From contig CAYNFU010000001.1 of assembly GCA_964396785.1 (NCBI GenBank), forward strand, positions 943 through 64,942: DNA of 64,000 nucleotides, given 5' to 3'. This document shows positions 28,575 to 37,378 of the stretch, one piece after another. Origin of the DNA: an uncultured Gammaproteobacteria bacterium. GTDB taxonomy: Bacteria; Patescibacteriota; Microgenomatia; UBA8517. Under the pieces are notes generated by a model that was not told the DNA's origin, searched no databases, and was given only the letters and a program-made list of their open reading frames with translations. The translations under genes were made by a program, and so were the position numbers. Within the stretch, counting starts at the first letter, position 1; each line of letters starts with the position of its first letter.

Positions 28575-29648
28575 TTACATTTTCTCGGGCAGAGGATTTA
28601 TTAGGTGAGTCTTAATAGTCTCTATAAGAAAAATCCACATATCTAAAAGTATGACTGTGCCTGCCAATACTATTTCATATTTTAAATAATTGTCGGAAAG
28701 GTAGAAAAAAGAAATTATAGTGATTAAATTAACCATAATAACGATAAAAACCAGGGGCAATTTGTTAATCAATCTTACTATTTTACTTTCCTCTTTATTA
28801 ATAGCGAAGTTTAACATTTTTGCAGCCACAAGCGAGAATGCTAAAACTATTGCCAGCATAAAGAAAAGAAACGATAGACTAAATGAACGATTAAATAGTA
28901 CAATCGCCGTAAGAAAAAGGGCCGACATCGGCATTAATAAAGAATTCGGTTTGATAAGAACGATTGTCTTTAGATTTCGCCACCCGTCTGTAAATCTCGA
29001 CAATCTTGGGGGACTACCCCTCTTGTCTTTATAAAGACTAATAGGCACTTCAGCATACCTTCCTTTATTTAAGGATGTCTTTATTAGTAGCTCACTGTCC
29101 CATTCCATACCAGAGTTTCTCATGTGCAACTTTTCATAAAAGGATTTTTTAACAAGTCTCATTCCAGAGTTCGAATCGGTGGTGTTAATCCCATAGAGCT
29201 TGCGAATTAAAAAAGTAAGTATTGGGGTCCCAATATATCGATTCAAAAATGGCATTGCACCGGGGTGGATTTTCCCTTTGAATCGAGAACCTAACACCAA
29301 GTCGTATTTTTTTACCAAGAATTTCATAAACTTCCCCAGCTCATAAAAATCATAACTCATGTCAGCATCCGCAAAAAAAACATAAACACCACTCGAATTA
29401 AGTATTCCCCAGTGAAGTGCCGCCCCGTATCCCCTGATAGGAACTTTGACCAATTTTGCCTTTTTAGTAGATCTCACTATCTTTAGCGAATTGTCCGTGC
29501 TTCCATTATCGGCAACTATCAATTCGAAAGAATCATTAAAATATCTTTCGGCAGCAGTGTATGCCGCAAAAATCGCATCACGAATAGTCTTTTCTTCATT
29601 AAGGCAAGGAATTACAATTGACAAAATTATTTTTTTACGTTTTCTCAT
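28575..29648 (-). CDS. GT2 polyprenyl-phosphate sugar synthase (GtrB / ArnC / DPM1-like) with C-terminal TM helices
   Basis: 357 aa. ILSIVIPCLNEEKTIRDAIFAAYTAAERYFNDSFELIVADNGSTDNS is a GT2 domain of approx. 230 aa. It is followed by 3-4 hydrophobic helices (LFLTAIVLFNRSF...FMLAIVLAFSLVAAKMLNF...). Confidence 0.8.
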   Translation of the reverse strand: MRKRKKIILSIVIPCLNEEKTIRDAIFAAYTAAERYFNDSFELIVADNGSTDNSLKIVRSTKKAKLVKVPIRGYGAALHWGILNSSGVYVFFADADMSYDFYELGKFMKFLVKKYDLVLGSRFKGKIHPGAMPFLNRYIGTPILTFLIRKLYGINTTDSNSGMRLVKKSFYEKLHMRNSGMEWDSELLIKTSLNKGRYAEVPISLYKDKRGSPPRLSRFTDGWRNLKTIVLIKPNSLLMPMSALFLTAIVLFNRSFSLSFLFFMLAIVLAFSLVAAKMLNFAINKEESKIVRLINKLPLVFIVIMVNLITIISFFYLSDNYLKYEIVLAGTVILLDMWIFLIETIKTHLINPLPEKM

Positions 29649-30993
29649 TAATGAATTTTTCTACTCCCTTTCTTTTCTTATTCGATACTCTCGTAGTAAT
29701 AATGTTCAATAAGATAAAACCAGTTACGGGCACCAAATAGGAAGAGGACCTTGCCAATGATCTACCTACTGTTTCCCACCAATCTGTTTGGAATGATACA
29801 AAATATAGTTGAAATGTGTAGAGGGCTAGACTGAGAAGCACAATAAAGAATAGGAATAGTATCCCCCCGTTTCTTCTTATTTTATGCCAACCAAAAAGAA
29901 CCGCCGCCAAAGTAGTTAGGTGAATTAAAAGGGGAATTCCCCAAGACCTTAGAATGATGACTAAGACATTTACCCAGGACCCGGTAAAAATACCCACGAG
30001 GAGTTCAGTTAGATATAAGCCTGAAAAATTAAGGACACTCGGATTTTCACCTACAACCTTAATAAAATACGACCAAGTGAAATACTCCAATAAACAAAAA
30101 ACAGCTAATAAAATTCCGGGGATTAATACGTTTTTAATAGCCTTTCCTATGAGTGAAGTAATGATAAAGGAAAGTAGAACCACCAGCCAAACAGGTTCAA
30201 GAAATCTTATCCAAATTGAGGTGGAAATAAAAAAGGTCCCGAAAAGTAATTCCCAAAGCTTTTTGTTTCTTAGATAGTTAAAAATCAGGAATATTCCAAA
30301 AACCAGATGTAGTGTATAAGGTAGATTTGTGTATTCCCTTATTGAGATTAAAAAAATGACGTCGTTTGAGGCAACAATCAATGAAAGGAAGGCTGCAGTT
30401 TTCTCACCAAGACTCTTACGTGTCAAAAAGAATACTCCAATAGTAAGAAGCAGTAAGTTTAAAGAATAATATATTCCTACAGGAAACTTGCTTACGTCAA
30501 ATACCTTTTCCCAAAAAAAGTGTGCGATAGATGTATATGGAGGATAGAGAAGATAGTAATACTTATTTAAGTTATCAAAACGAGAAAGAGCTGGCATATC
30601 GGAAAACTTCATCCCAGCCTCTAAAAACTTTGCCCTTGCATCATAGAGGGCAACTGCATCCCAATGAATAGAGTCTTTATTAAGATTCAGATATACCGAG
30701 GTTCCCACGACGACAAAAGTTAAAAGAAGAAAAACCAAAGCCAGAATGTTTATTTTGAAAAAACCCTTTTTAAGCCACTTTATTTGTCCTATATGCAAAG
30801 TTTTAACAAACGCGTAAATACCAAAAATTGCGAGTCCCGCAAGGCTAACTAATTCAACCATTCCAGGAACACTCGAGGCATACTCATCTTCCAGATTAAA
30901 AAAGAATAACTTTTTAAAAAGCATTAAAAATACGATAAGTGTTGAGATAACAAATTGAGGCATACTAGAAATATACTTGATAAACCGAGCCAT
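29635..30993 (-). CDS. Polytopic membrane protein, unknown family
   Basis: 452 aa with about 12 TM helices. No recognised motif. It is co-directional in the operon. Confidence 0.55.
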   Translation of the reverse strand: MARFIKYISSMPQFVISTLIVFLMLFKKLFFFNLEDEYASSVPGMVELVSLAGLAIFGIYAFVKTLHIGQIKWLKKGFFKINILALVFLLLTFVVVGTSVYLNLNKDSIHWDAVALYDARAKFLEAGMKFSDMPALSRFDNLNKYYYLLYPPYTSIAHFFWEKVFDVSKFPVGIYYSLNLLLLTIGVFFLTRKSLGEKTAAFLSLIVASNDVIFLISIREYTNLPYTLHLVFGIFLIFNYLRNKKLWELLFGTFFISTSIWIRFLEPVWLVVLLSFIITSLIGKAIKNVLIPGILLAVFCLLEYFTWSYFIKVVGENPSVLNFSGLYLTELLVGIFTGSWVNVLVIILRSWGIPLLIHLTTLAAVLFGWHKIRRNGGILFLFFIVLLSLALYTFQLYFVSFQTDWWETVGRSLARSSSYLVPVTGFILLNIITTRVSNKKRKGVEKFINEKT

Positions 30994-31948
30994 CCTCAGT
31001 TTTCAAAACCGCATCTAGTCTTTCGTATTTAATTTCCGTTTTTTCGTCAAAAATAATCACTCTACTCTCTTCATGAAAGATAGGCCAATGAGTTGAATCA
31101 GACAAAGGGTCAATTTCAACAAAGTAGGCTACCTTTATTTGCTCTGCCAGCTCCTGATTATCCAAAAGTGCCCCACTTATTAACTCTCTTGGAAAGAGGA
31201 AATATCTCAAAACCGGCTGATTGCCTATTGCAGGCCATTTTTCTCCTTGAGGAGGGTGAATTACTTTTACATCTTCCGGTGAGTTTTCTTTCAAAAGAAC
31301 AATATATTTATAATGAACACCCATCCTACTTTCGAAACCCCCTTTTACTTCTCCCAGTAATCGAGTCCAGCTGACAAATGGAGAAAGAGAGAGAATTATT
31401 AATCCAGAAAGGCCGGTCAAAGCCAATAAAAATGAATATCCTTCCCTTCTTGCTAGCCCACTGGCCCCTTGACTTTTTTGTCTCAAAAGCTTGAAGGATC
31501 GATTGTAAACCAGCATAAATAAAAATACGAAAAGCTCAAGAGCCGTAACAAAGGACATGAGCTCCAATTGAGGAACAGTTAGTCCAAAGTGCCCATAAAG
31601 AAAATTGGGGTAATTCCTCTCCTCTAGAGCTAGAAGAAATCTTGCTAATGTTAAAAAGGTCACACTGGAAATAGAAAGAAAAATCAAAGTTTTTCTTTGG
31701 AGCACTGATATTTTTTTATCAATAAATCTCTTGAACCAAAGAACTATTATCAAAAGCACGATAGAAGAAATAAAAAAAGGAAAATAGTATAAAAGTGTAG
31801 AAAGACCAATTATTCGGAAGTTTTGAAAGTCTTTATTTACAACAAAATAAAGACGAAAGACACTTAAAAGAGGGGACAACAAAAAGGTGAGCCAAAGTAG
31901 CACCAAAAGGACATGACTATAAATAATACGTAGTATTTTTTCTTTCAT
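30965..31948 (-). CDS. Membrane protein with an approx. 130 aa C-terminal soluble domain, unknown family
   Basis: 327 aa with about 6 TM helices, followed by a hydrophilic domain (ESRMGVHYKYIVLLKENSPEDVKVIHPPQGEKWPAIGNQPV...). Confidence 0.5.
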   Translation of the reverse strand: MKEKILRIIYSHVLLVLLWLTFLLSPLLSVFRLYFVVNKDFQNFRIIGLSTLLYYFPFFISSIVLLIIVLWFKRFIDKKISVLQRKTLIFLSISSVTFLTLARFLLALEERNYPNFLYGHFGLTVPQLELMSFVTALELFVFLFMLVYNRSFKLLRQKSQGASGLARREGYSFLLALTGLSGLIILSLSPFVSWTRLLGEVKGGFESRMGVHYKYIVLLKENSPEDVKVIHPPQGEKWPAIGNQPVLRYFLFPRELISGALLDNQELAEQIKVAYFVEIDPLSDSTHWPIFHEESRVIIFDEKTEIKYERLDAVLKTEDGSVYQVYF

Positions 31949-33528
31949 ATTTCAAGGCTACGAATCTCCCAATAATATCTAAACCCTTCGTTTAAAAAGG
32001 GGGGATTTTTCAAGGTTTGAATTGGTCTGGACCCAAAATTATTCCTAAAGGCGTTCGGATCGATCCGAGAAACATGATAGGCTTTCGAATCTAAAAGAGT
32101 ATAGTTTGAGTTTGAAAGACTTTCTAAATTTATAACCGACTCCAAAGATGACCTGGTAAATAAATCTCCTTCAGAAGGGGGTGGTAGTTTAAGTCTCTCT
32201 ACCTCGGGTTTACCTCCATGGAAATAATTAAGATGCATTGGAATCTCATAAACTACTTCCCAGTTGTCAATTGTTTCCTTGGCGTTTAAATAAACGGTGC
32301 CCTCCTTAACTTTTGCTATTGCGTCGACCTGGTCTTTTTCAAACTGAATAAATGTTGCAAACCAGTTTCTGTAATTTAAAGTTCTTGCGATATTTAAGGG
32401 TGCTTCCACGAAAAAAAGGTTACAAAGGGTAAAAATTGCTAGAAACTGAAAAGCAACTTTCTTCCAACCTGAAAAAACACTCATTTTTTCAATCTCATTC
32501 ATCACTCTTGAAATTAGTATCGTTACCAGGATAGAAAATGCATAAATCGATGGAAGAAGATACCTATCTAGTACATATCTCCATGGAAATAGTATTACTG
32601 TAAATGAGACAAAAACCAAAAGCCAATAAACAAAATGGGATCCTGCTATCCCCTGCCGGAACTTTTTAATAATCAAGGTAAAAGGAGCTGCAATAAGAAA
32701 AATTTCAAAGAAGGGACTTAAGGAATTTGAAAGAAGTTTTAAGAAATTTAGGCCATTTTGAAGAATAAACAATAGGTTAAGCCTGTAATTACTTGAGTAG
32801 TTAGGTCCTGTCTGAGCTCCACCGAGGAACATTTTTACTAAAATAAATATTGCCCCCGATACAATTAACATGGTAATTAAAGCTTTTTTATGAAGTACTT
32901 TTGGAAATAGTATTCCCAAAATAAACACCGCAGGCAAGATCGCAATTGATGCTTCCTTAAGCAAAAGCAAAAAAATTAGAGTCAGACTCAAAATGATAAT
33001 TGCAGGTCCTCTCAACTTTTTAGATATATGCTCAAGATTCAAAAAAAGTAAGGAAAATATTCCCAAAAATAGCACCATATATGGCTCGATAGGGCCTAGC
33101 CTTATCATATTTTCGCTAAAAGAATAATTGGTGACAAAAAGGGCGGCACCCAAGGTAACGGCAATAGCATGGGATCTTGCCGAGAGCGCCGACAAGACAA
33201 AAAGTATTACCAGGGCAAGTCCAAATCCGTAAATCCTGAGTTCGTGTTGAAATTGTGCGTCAACTCTTGGAGGCTGATATAAAATACCTTGAATGAGCCA
33301 GTAACCAGTTCTTGATAAACCAACGTCTGGAAGTACTTCGATAATCTGAGACTTAAAACTAGTACATTTACGCTCGACTAAACATTCTCTTACGTAAATC
33401 CCATACTTAATTGATTGACCGTCGTCAATAAGAGAGAAGTTTTTGAAAATTTGGGGGCTCAAAACATACCTTGCATAAAAAAGATAAGCTAACGCTACAA
33501 AAATCAAGAAAAATATTTTTTTACCCAT
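31945..33528 (-). CDS. Polytopic membrane protein, unknown family. Paralog of the protein at 35013..36623.
   Basis: 527 aa. It shares NFSLIDDGQ, ATNYSFSENMIRLGPIEPY and a C-terminal EIPMHLNYFHGGKPEVERLKLPP region with the 35013..36623 protein (NFSLVDDGQ / ATNYSLSENIIRLGTNEPY / EVPIHLKFFYGIEPNLEILKETIP). Confidence 0.6.
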   Translation of the reverse strand: MGKKIFFLIFVALAYLFYARYVLSPQIFKNFSLIDDGQSIKYGIYVRECLVERKCTSFKSQIIEVLPDVGLSRTGYWLIQGILYQPPRVDAQFQHELRIYGFGLALVILFVLSALSARSHAIAVTLGAALFVTNYSFSENMIRLGPIEPYMVLFLGIFSLLFLNLEHISKKLRGPAIIILSLTLIFLLLLKEASIAILPAVFILGILFPKVLHKKALITMLIVSGAIFILVKMFLGGAQTGPNYSSNYRLNLLFILQNGLNFLKLLSNSLSPFFEIFLIAAPFTLIIKKFRQGIAGSHFVYWLLVFVSFTVILFPWRYVLDRYLLPSIYAFSILVTILISRVMNEIEKMSVFSGWKKVAFQFLAIFTLCNLFFVEAPLNIARTLNYRNWFATFIQFEKDQVDAIAKVKEGTVYLNAKETIDNWEVVYEIPMHLNYFHGGKPEVERLKLPPPSEGDLFTRSSLESVINLESLSNSNYTLLDSKAYHVSRIDPNAFRNNFGSRPIQTLKNPPFLNEGFRYYWEIRSLEI

Positions 33529-33552
33529 GGCTACCTAATTATGCAACAGGTC

Positions 33553-34197
33553 TTACTCCCTTGCGTATTGGCGCATGTTGCTTTTAGCCTTTTTCTTTTC
33601 GAGAACAAAAATTCCCAATCTGAATGGGAATCCTGCACAAATGAGTCTGAATTTTTCAAAATGCAAAACATTAAATTTTCTATTTTTGAATACATTAAAC
33701 CACCCCGCCTCAGTTTTATTGCTATGGGGGTGTCCCTTGAATTCCCAATTAACAATACTGTCTTCTATTAATGTAAGCCATTTTTCAACAGGGCTCTCGA
33801 AAAGATCTTCCATAATGATTATCCTCTTTGACGATACACGAATAGCCTCGTCTAAAACTGATAAAGGTTTCTTACAATGATGCAAAACTGCAATAAGTAA
33901 AGATGTATCAAAACTTTCATCGGGAAACGGGAGTTTCTTACCATCGTAAATTATCACTGGTATCGACTTGCACAAAGGATTTAAGCGAACGTCAATACAG
34001 GTAATATTCTTATTTTTCGCCTCCATAATCCCCTTAGCGACAAAACCTGTTCCGGTTCCAATGTCCAAGATTTTTTCTTTTTTGTCTATAAATGGAGAAA
34101 TTCTTTTGACAATTTGCTTTGCCCGCTTTTTATATTCATCCTCCATAATCTTGCGGGTGAAGGAAATTTTTTCTAAGAGGTAAAATGGAGAAGACAT
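33553..34197 (-). CDS. Class I SAM-dependent methyltransferase
   Basis: 214 aa. ILDIGTGTGFVAKGI (motif I), FDTSLLIAVLHHCKKPLSVLDEAIRVSSKRIIIME. Confidence 0.8.
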   Translation of the reverse strand: MSSPFYLLEKISFTRKIMEDEYKKRAKQIVKRISPFIDKKEKILDIGTGTGFVAKGIMEAKNKNITCIDVRLNPLCKSIPVIIYDGKKLPFPDESFDTSLLIAVLHHCKKPLSVLDEAIRVSSKRIIIMEDLFESPVEKWLTLIEDSIVNWEFKGHPHSNKTEAGWFNVFKNRKFNVLHFEKFRLICAGFPFRLGIFVLEKKKAKSNMRQYARE

Positions 34198-34224
34198 TTT
34201 TTAAAACCTTTTCTAATTCAATCT

Positions 34225-34911
34225 TTAGTTATTTTTTTCTTTGGTCACCAGATATCCCTGATGAATCATTAGATATTTCAAAAAACTAAATTTTTCGAAT
34301 TGATCAAAAAATGGGTTGGGTAAGATAAAGTTAAAATGATATTTCTTGGTAACTTTTCCTCTTCTTTCTAGTGCTCGCCTTATTTCCCAAGGATAGTACC
34401 AATATTCGTTTCCGTGATATGGCCTCACTCCGATACTGCATAGTAAGGTATATAAAGGCTTGAATAATTTATTTGGAGTAGTTAAGACAAGATAGCCGCC
34501 TTTTTTAAGCACCCGGAAAAGCTCACTTAATACCTTGTTCTGTTTGTTGACGTGCTCGATAACTTCAGTGCATAAAACTAAGTCGAAAGAATTATCTTTA
34601 TAAGGTAATTTTTGAGCGGGAGCTACAACAAACTTACCTCTTGGATATCTTTTGCTACTAATATTTATTAGCCTTTTTCCGATATCAATCCCGTGTACCT
34701 CTGCACCAAGTTTACCTGCTCGAAAAGCAAAATAACCTAGACCACATCCAACATCTAAAAATTTTTTTCCTTTTAGGGGAATTTCATCGAACAAAGTTTT
34801 ATAAACAACTCTCAATCTTTTATTTGTTTCGGGTTTATGGATCTTTTCTTCCCAATCTTCAGCAATACTGTCATAAAAAAGTTCTTTATTTTTGGTGCCA
34901 TTAATTTTCAT
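34225..34911 (-). CDS. Class I SAM-dependent methyltransferase
   Basis: 228 aa. FLDVGCGLGYFAFRAGKLGAEVHGIDIGKRLI, FDLVLCTEVIEHVNKQNKVLSELFRVLKKGGYLVLTTPN. Confidence 0.85.
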   Translation of the reverse strand: MKINGTKNKELFYDSIAEDWEEKIHKPETNKRLRVVYKTLFDEIPLKGKKFLDVGCGLGYFAFRAGKLGAEVHGIDIGKRLINISSKRYPRGKFVVAPAQKLPYKDNSFDLVLCTEVIEHVNKQNKVLSELFRVLKKGGYLVLTTPNKLFKPLYTLLCSIGVRPYHGNEYWYYPWEIRRALERRGKVTKKYHFNFILPNPFFDQFEKFSFLKYLMIHQGYLVTKEKNN

Positions 34912-35012
34912 TTTTTATGCTTAAACAATTTTTGAGCACGACTAACTATACCAGAAGGTATGGTCAAGAAACTACTGACAGATATTTCGCAGTAAAATAA
35001 CTGAAAATCTTA
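34912..35012 (-). promoter_or_regulatory. Candidate extended -10 TGGTATAGT (minus strand, 34945..34953) in the 101-bp gap upstream of the methyltransferase gene at 34225..34911
   Basis: The minus-strand sequence reads ...TTGACCATACCTTCTGGTATAGTTAGTCG...(approx. 30 nt)...ATG. It shares the GGTATA[AG]T core with the elements at 24926 and 38144. Confidence 0.35.
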
Positions 35013-36623
35013 TTAATCAACCTTTCCTATTTCCCAGTAGTACTCCTGATAATCACTGACAGGCGGGTTAATTATAGTAGAGATTGGCTGAGAAAAGAAT
35101 CTGCTACGAAATTCTAAAGGATCTATCCAGAGAACAAGATATTTTTTACTCTCTAAAACTTCATAACCTACTTTTTTCAGCTCATCCCCAGAATATTTTT
35201 TGTCAAAAGTAACCTGAGAAAAAATATATCCCTTACTCGGGATTGTTTCTTTGAGAATTTCTAAGTTAGGTTCAATTCCATAGAAAAATTTTAAATGAAT
35301 TGGAACCTCATAGAGCCACTCCCAATTGTTTATATTTTCTTTTGCATTAACAAATATTTTTTCTCCATTGTATTTTGCTATTAGCCTAACCTGTTCCCTT
35401 TCGAATTGTGTAACCAGAAGAAACCGGCTCTGATAGTTTACAGTTTTGGCCAGATTTAAAGGAAAACCCCTCAAAAAAAGTCCCAATACAATAACTATTA
35501 AAGCAGCATTGAAAAAAACACGCATTTTCTCATTTTTTACTTGGAAGAAATATTTCCGAAAGATTTTTACAGCTTGGTCAAACAAAAACATTGTAAAAAT
35601 AATTATTCCGAAAACCGCTACAAGCTGATATCTCTCCAAAACAAATTCCCACGGAAAAAGGATCACTGTAAAAAATAATGCAAAAAAACCCCAAAAATAC
35701 ACTCTGCCAACCTTAAATTCCACCCTCGCTGTTTTATTAAGCATTAAGAGTACTAACAAAATAAGGGATATCTTAAAAAATGGGGATAGAGAATTTGAAA
35801 GAAGCACCAAGTTTTCCTTTGATTTTGCAATAATTGCTCCCAAGCTAGTTACGTAGTTACTCGTATAGAGTGGTATCTCTGTTGAAATAGTCGAAGACAA
35901 AAATCTAGTAATAGTTATTCCTGCAAGAAGAATAATAAAAGGTATGCCAGCTAATAAACTTGCCCTTTTAAAAGCTTTTTTGCCAAAAACCAAGATTTCA
36001 GTAATGAAAATTGTCGGCAAAATGGCGATATTACTCTCCTTTATTAAAACAGTAATGGTTAGAATAAAAATCGGGACCCAAGGGATTTTAGTTCTTCTAT
36101 CTCTTCTCACCAAAGTGTGAAGATAAATAAGAGAAAATGCTGCAAGAAACAATATCTGGTATGGCTCATTTGTACCAAGACGAATTATGTTCTCACTAAG
36201 AGAATAATTAGTTGCAAATAGGAGTGCTCCGCCGATAACGAATACGGAGCTCACACTCAAATCGAGTAGGGCTAGTGACAGTAGTATTACTGCGGCATAT
36301 CCGACCACATATACTCTAAAAATGTGGTGCAGCTGAGCATTATTTCGAAACACCTCATAGACAATATTATTTATAAGCCAATAAGTCGGCCTGAACCGAC
36401 TTGTCCCGAACTCAAAAGTCTGGTCTATAAATTTGGAGCATTTTAATCTTAAAACACAATCTTCTAAATATGAGGAGCTTTGAATTAAAACTTGCCCGTC
36501 ATCTACCAGAGAAAAATTGGTGAGCTTCCATGGTTTAAGAAAAATCGATGCGTATAAGAAATAAAAAACTGTAATAATCATCAACACCAGAAGGTTATTT
36601 TTTACTAGAGGTGGAATTCTCAC
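35013..36623 (-). CDS. Polytopic membrane protein, unknown family. Paralog of the protein at 31945..33528.
   Basis: 536 aa. See the shared motifs listed for 31945..33528. It has about 12 TM helices and a C-terminal soluble domain. Confidence 0.6.
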   Translation of the reverse strand: MRIPPLVKNNLLVLMIITVFYFLYASIFLKPWKLTNFSLVDDGQVLIQSSSYLEDCVLRLKCSKFIDQTFEFGTSRFRPTYWLINNIVYEVFRNNAQLHHIFRVYVVGYAAVILLSLALLDLSVSSVFVIGGALLFATNYSLSENIIRLGTNEPYQILFLAAFSLIYLHTLVRRDRRTKIPWVPIFILTITVLIKESNIAILPTIFITEILVFGKKAFKRASLLAGIPFIILLAGITITRFLSSTISTEIPLYTSNYVTSLGAIIAKSKENLVLLSNSLSPFFKISLILLVLLMLNKTARVEFKVGRVYFWGFFALFFTVILFPWEFVLERYQLVAVFGIIIFTMFLFDQAVKIFRKYFFQVKNEKMRVFFNAALIVIVLGLFLRGFPLNLAKTVNYQSRFLLVTQFEREQVRLIAKYNGEKIFVNAKENINNWEWLYEVPIHLKFFYGIEPNLEILKETIPSKGYIFSQVTFDKKYSGDELKKVGYEVLESKKYLVLWIDPLEFRSRFFSQPISTIINPPVSDYQEYYWEIGKVD

Positions 36624-37378
36624 TTTTTTCTAAGAAATATTTGTACAGACCCTCCCAGGTATTTTACAAGAGGAATGAATTTAAGGTTATCGAATATTTT
36701 ATCAACTATCTTAAGAATACTTAGTGGTATAAATCTCGCAGGATATATAAACTCAGACATTGAAATATTGATAACTTTAAAGTCTTTAAAAACACTATTT
36801 AAACCTAGGGGATTAACTGCCCATTCGTCTTTCGAATCACCAACTAAACTTTTTAGCTTCCTATTAGACTTTATTATATAAACGACTGGGTTAAGGATGT
36901 TGGGTTCATAAAAAAATGCTAACCCCCTTTTTTTTAGAACTCTCAATAGCTCATTTTTAAATCGAGGTATGTCTAAATGATGTAAAACGTAGAATCCGAA
37001 GACTACGTCAAAAAAGTCAGATTTGAACCCGCTACTATATGCACTTCGGGCAAGAAACCGAACATTTTTGACTCCTGCGCATTTCTTCTTTGCCACCTGC
37101 AAAATCTTCTCAGAAATATCTATGGCAATAATTTTTGACTTGGGAAAGTAATTACATATTCTTTTGGTATACTCTCCTGTACCACACCCAATTTCAAGAA
37201 TTGATATCGGTTTGTTCCCTAAACTTCTTCGAATTGAACTGACAAATTCCAAAACTTTCTTGTCAATTTTGTATTTTGTAAAGTCACCTTCATACCCATA
37301 ATTTGTGTCGTAAGCCAGAGCGGCTTCATTAAAATGTTCTTTTTCGCGAGCTTCCAGTTTTTTAATATTTAATTTCAT
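36620..37378 (-). CDS. Class I SAM-dependent methyltransferase
   Basis: 252 aa. ILEIGCGTGEYTKRI, FDVVFGFYVLHHLDIPRFKNELLRVLKKRGLAFFYEPN. Confidence 0.85.
   Translation of the reverse strand: MKLNIKKLEAREKEHFNEAALAYDTNYGYEGDFTKYKIDKKVLEFVSSIRRSLGNKPISILEIGCGTGEYTKRICNYFPKSKIIAIDISEKILQVAKKKCAGVKNVRFLARSAYSSGFKSDFFDVVFGFYVLHHLDIPRFKNELLRVLKKRGLAFFYEPNILNPVVYIIKSNRKLKSLVGDSKDEWAVNPLGLNSVFKDFKVINISMSEFIYPARFIPLSILKIVDKIFDNLKFIPLVKYLGGSVQIFLRKK

Noticed and set aside
33531-33755. 74-aa minus-strand ORF 33531..33755 and plus-strand ORF 33541..33771 spanning the gap between the membrane paralog A and methyltransferase genes
   Set aside because: They largely overlap the 3' end of the well-supported methyltransferase CDS 33553..34197 out of frame. 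The 24-bp true gap is too short for a gene.
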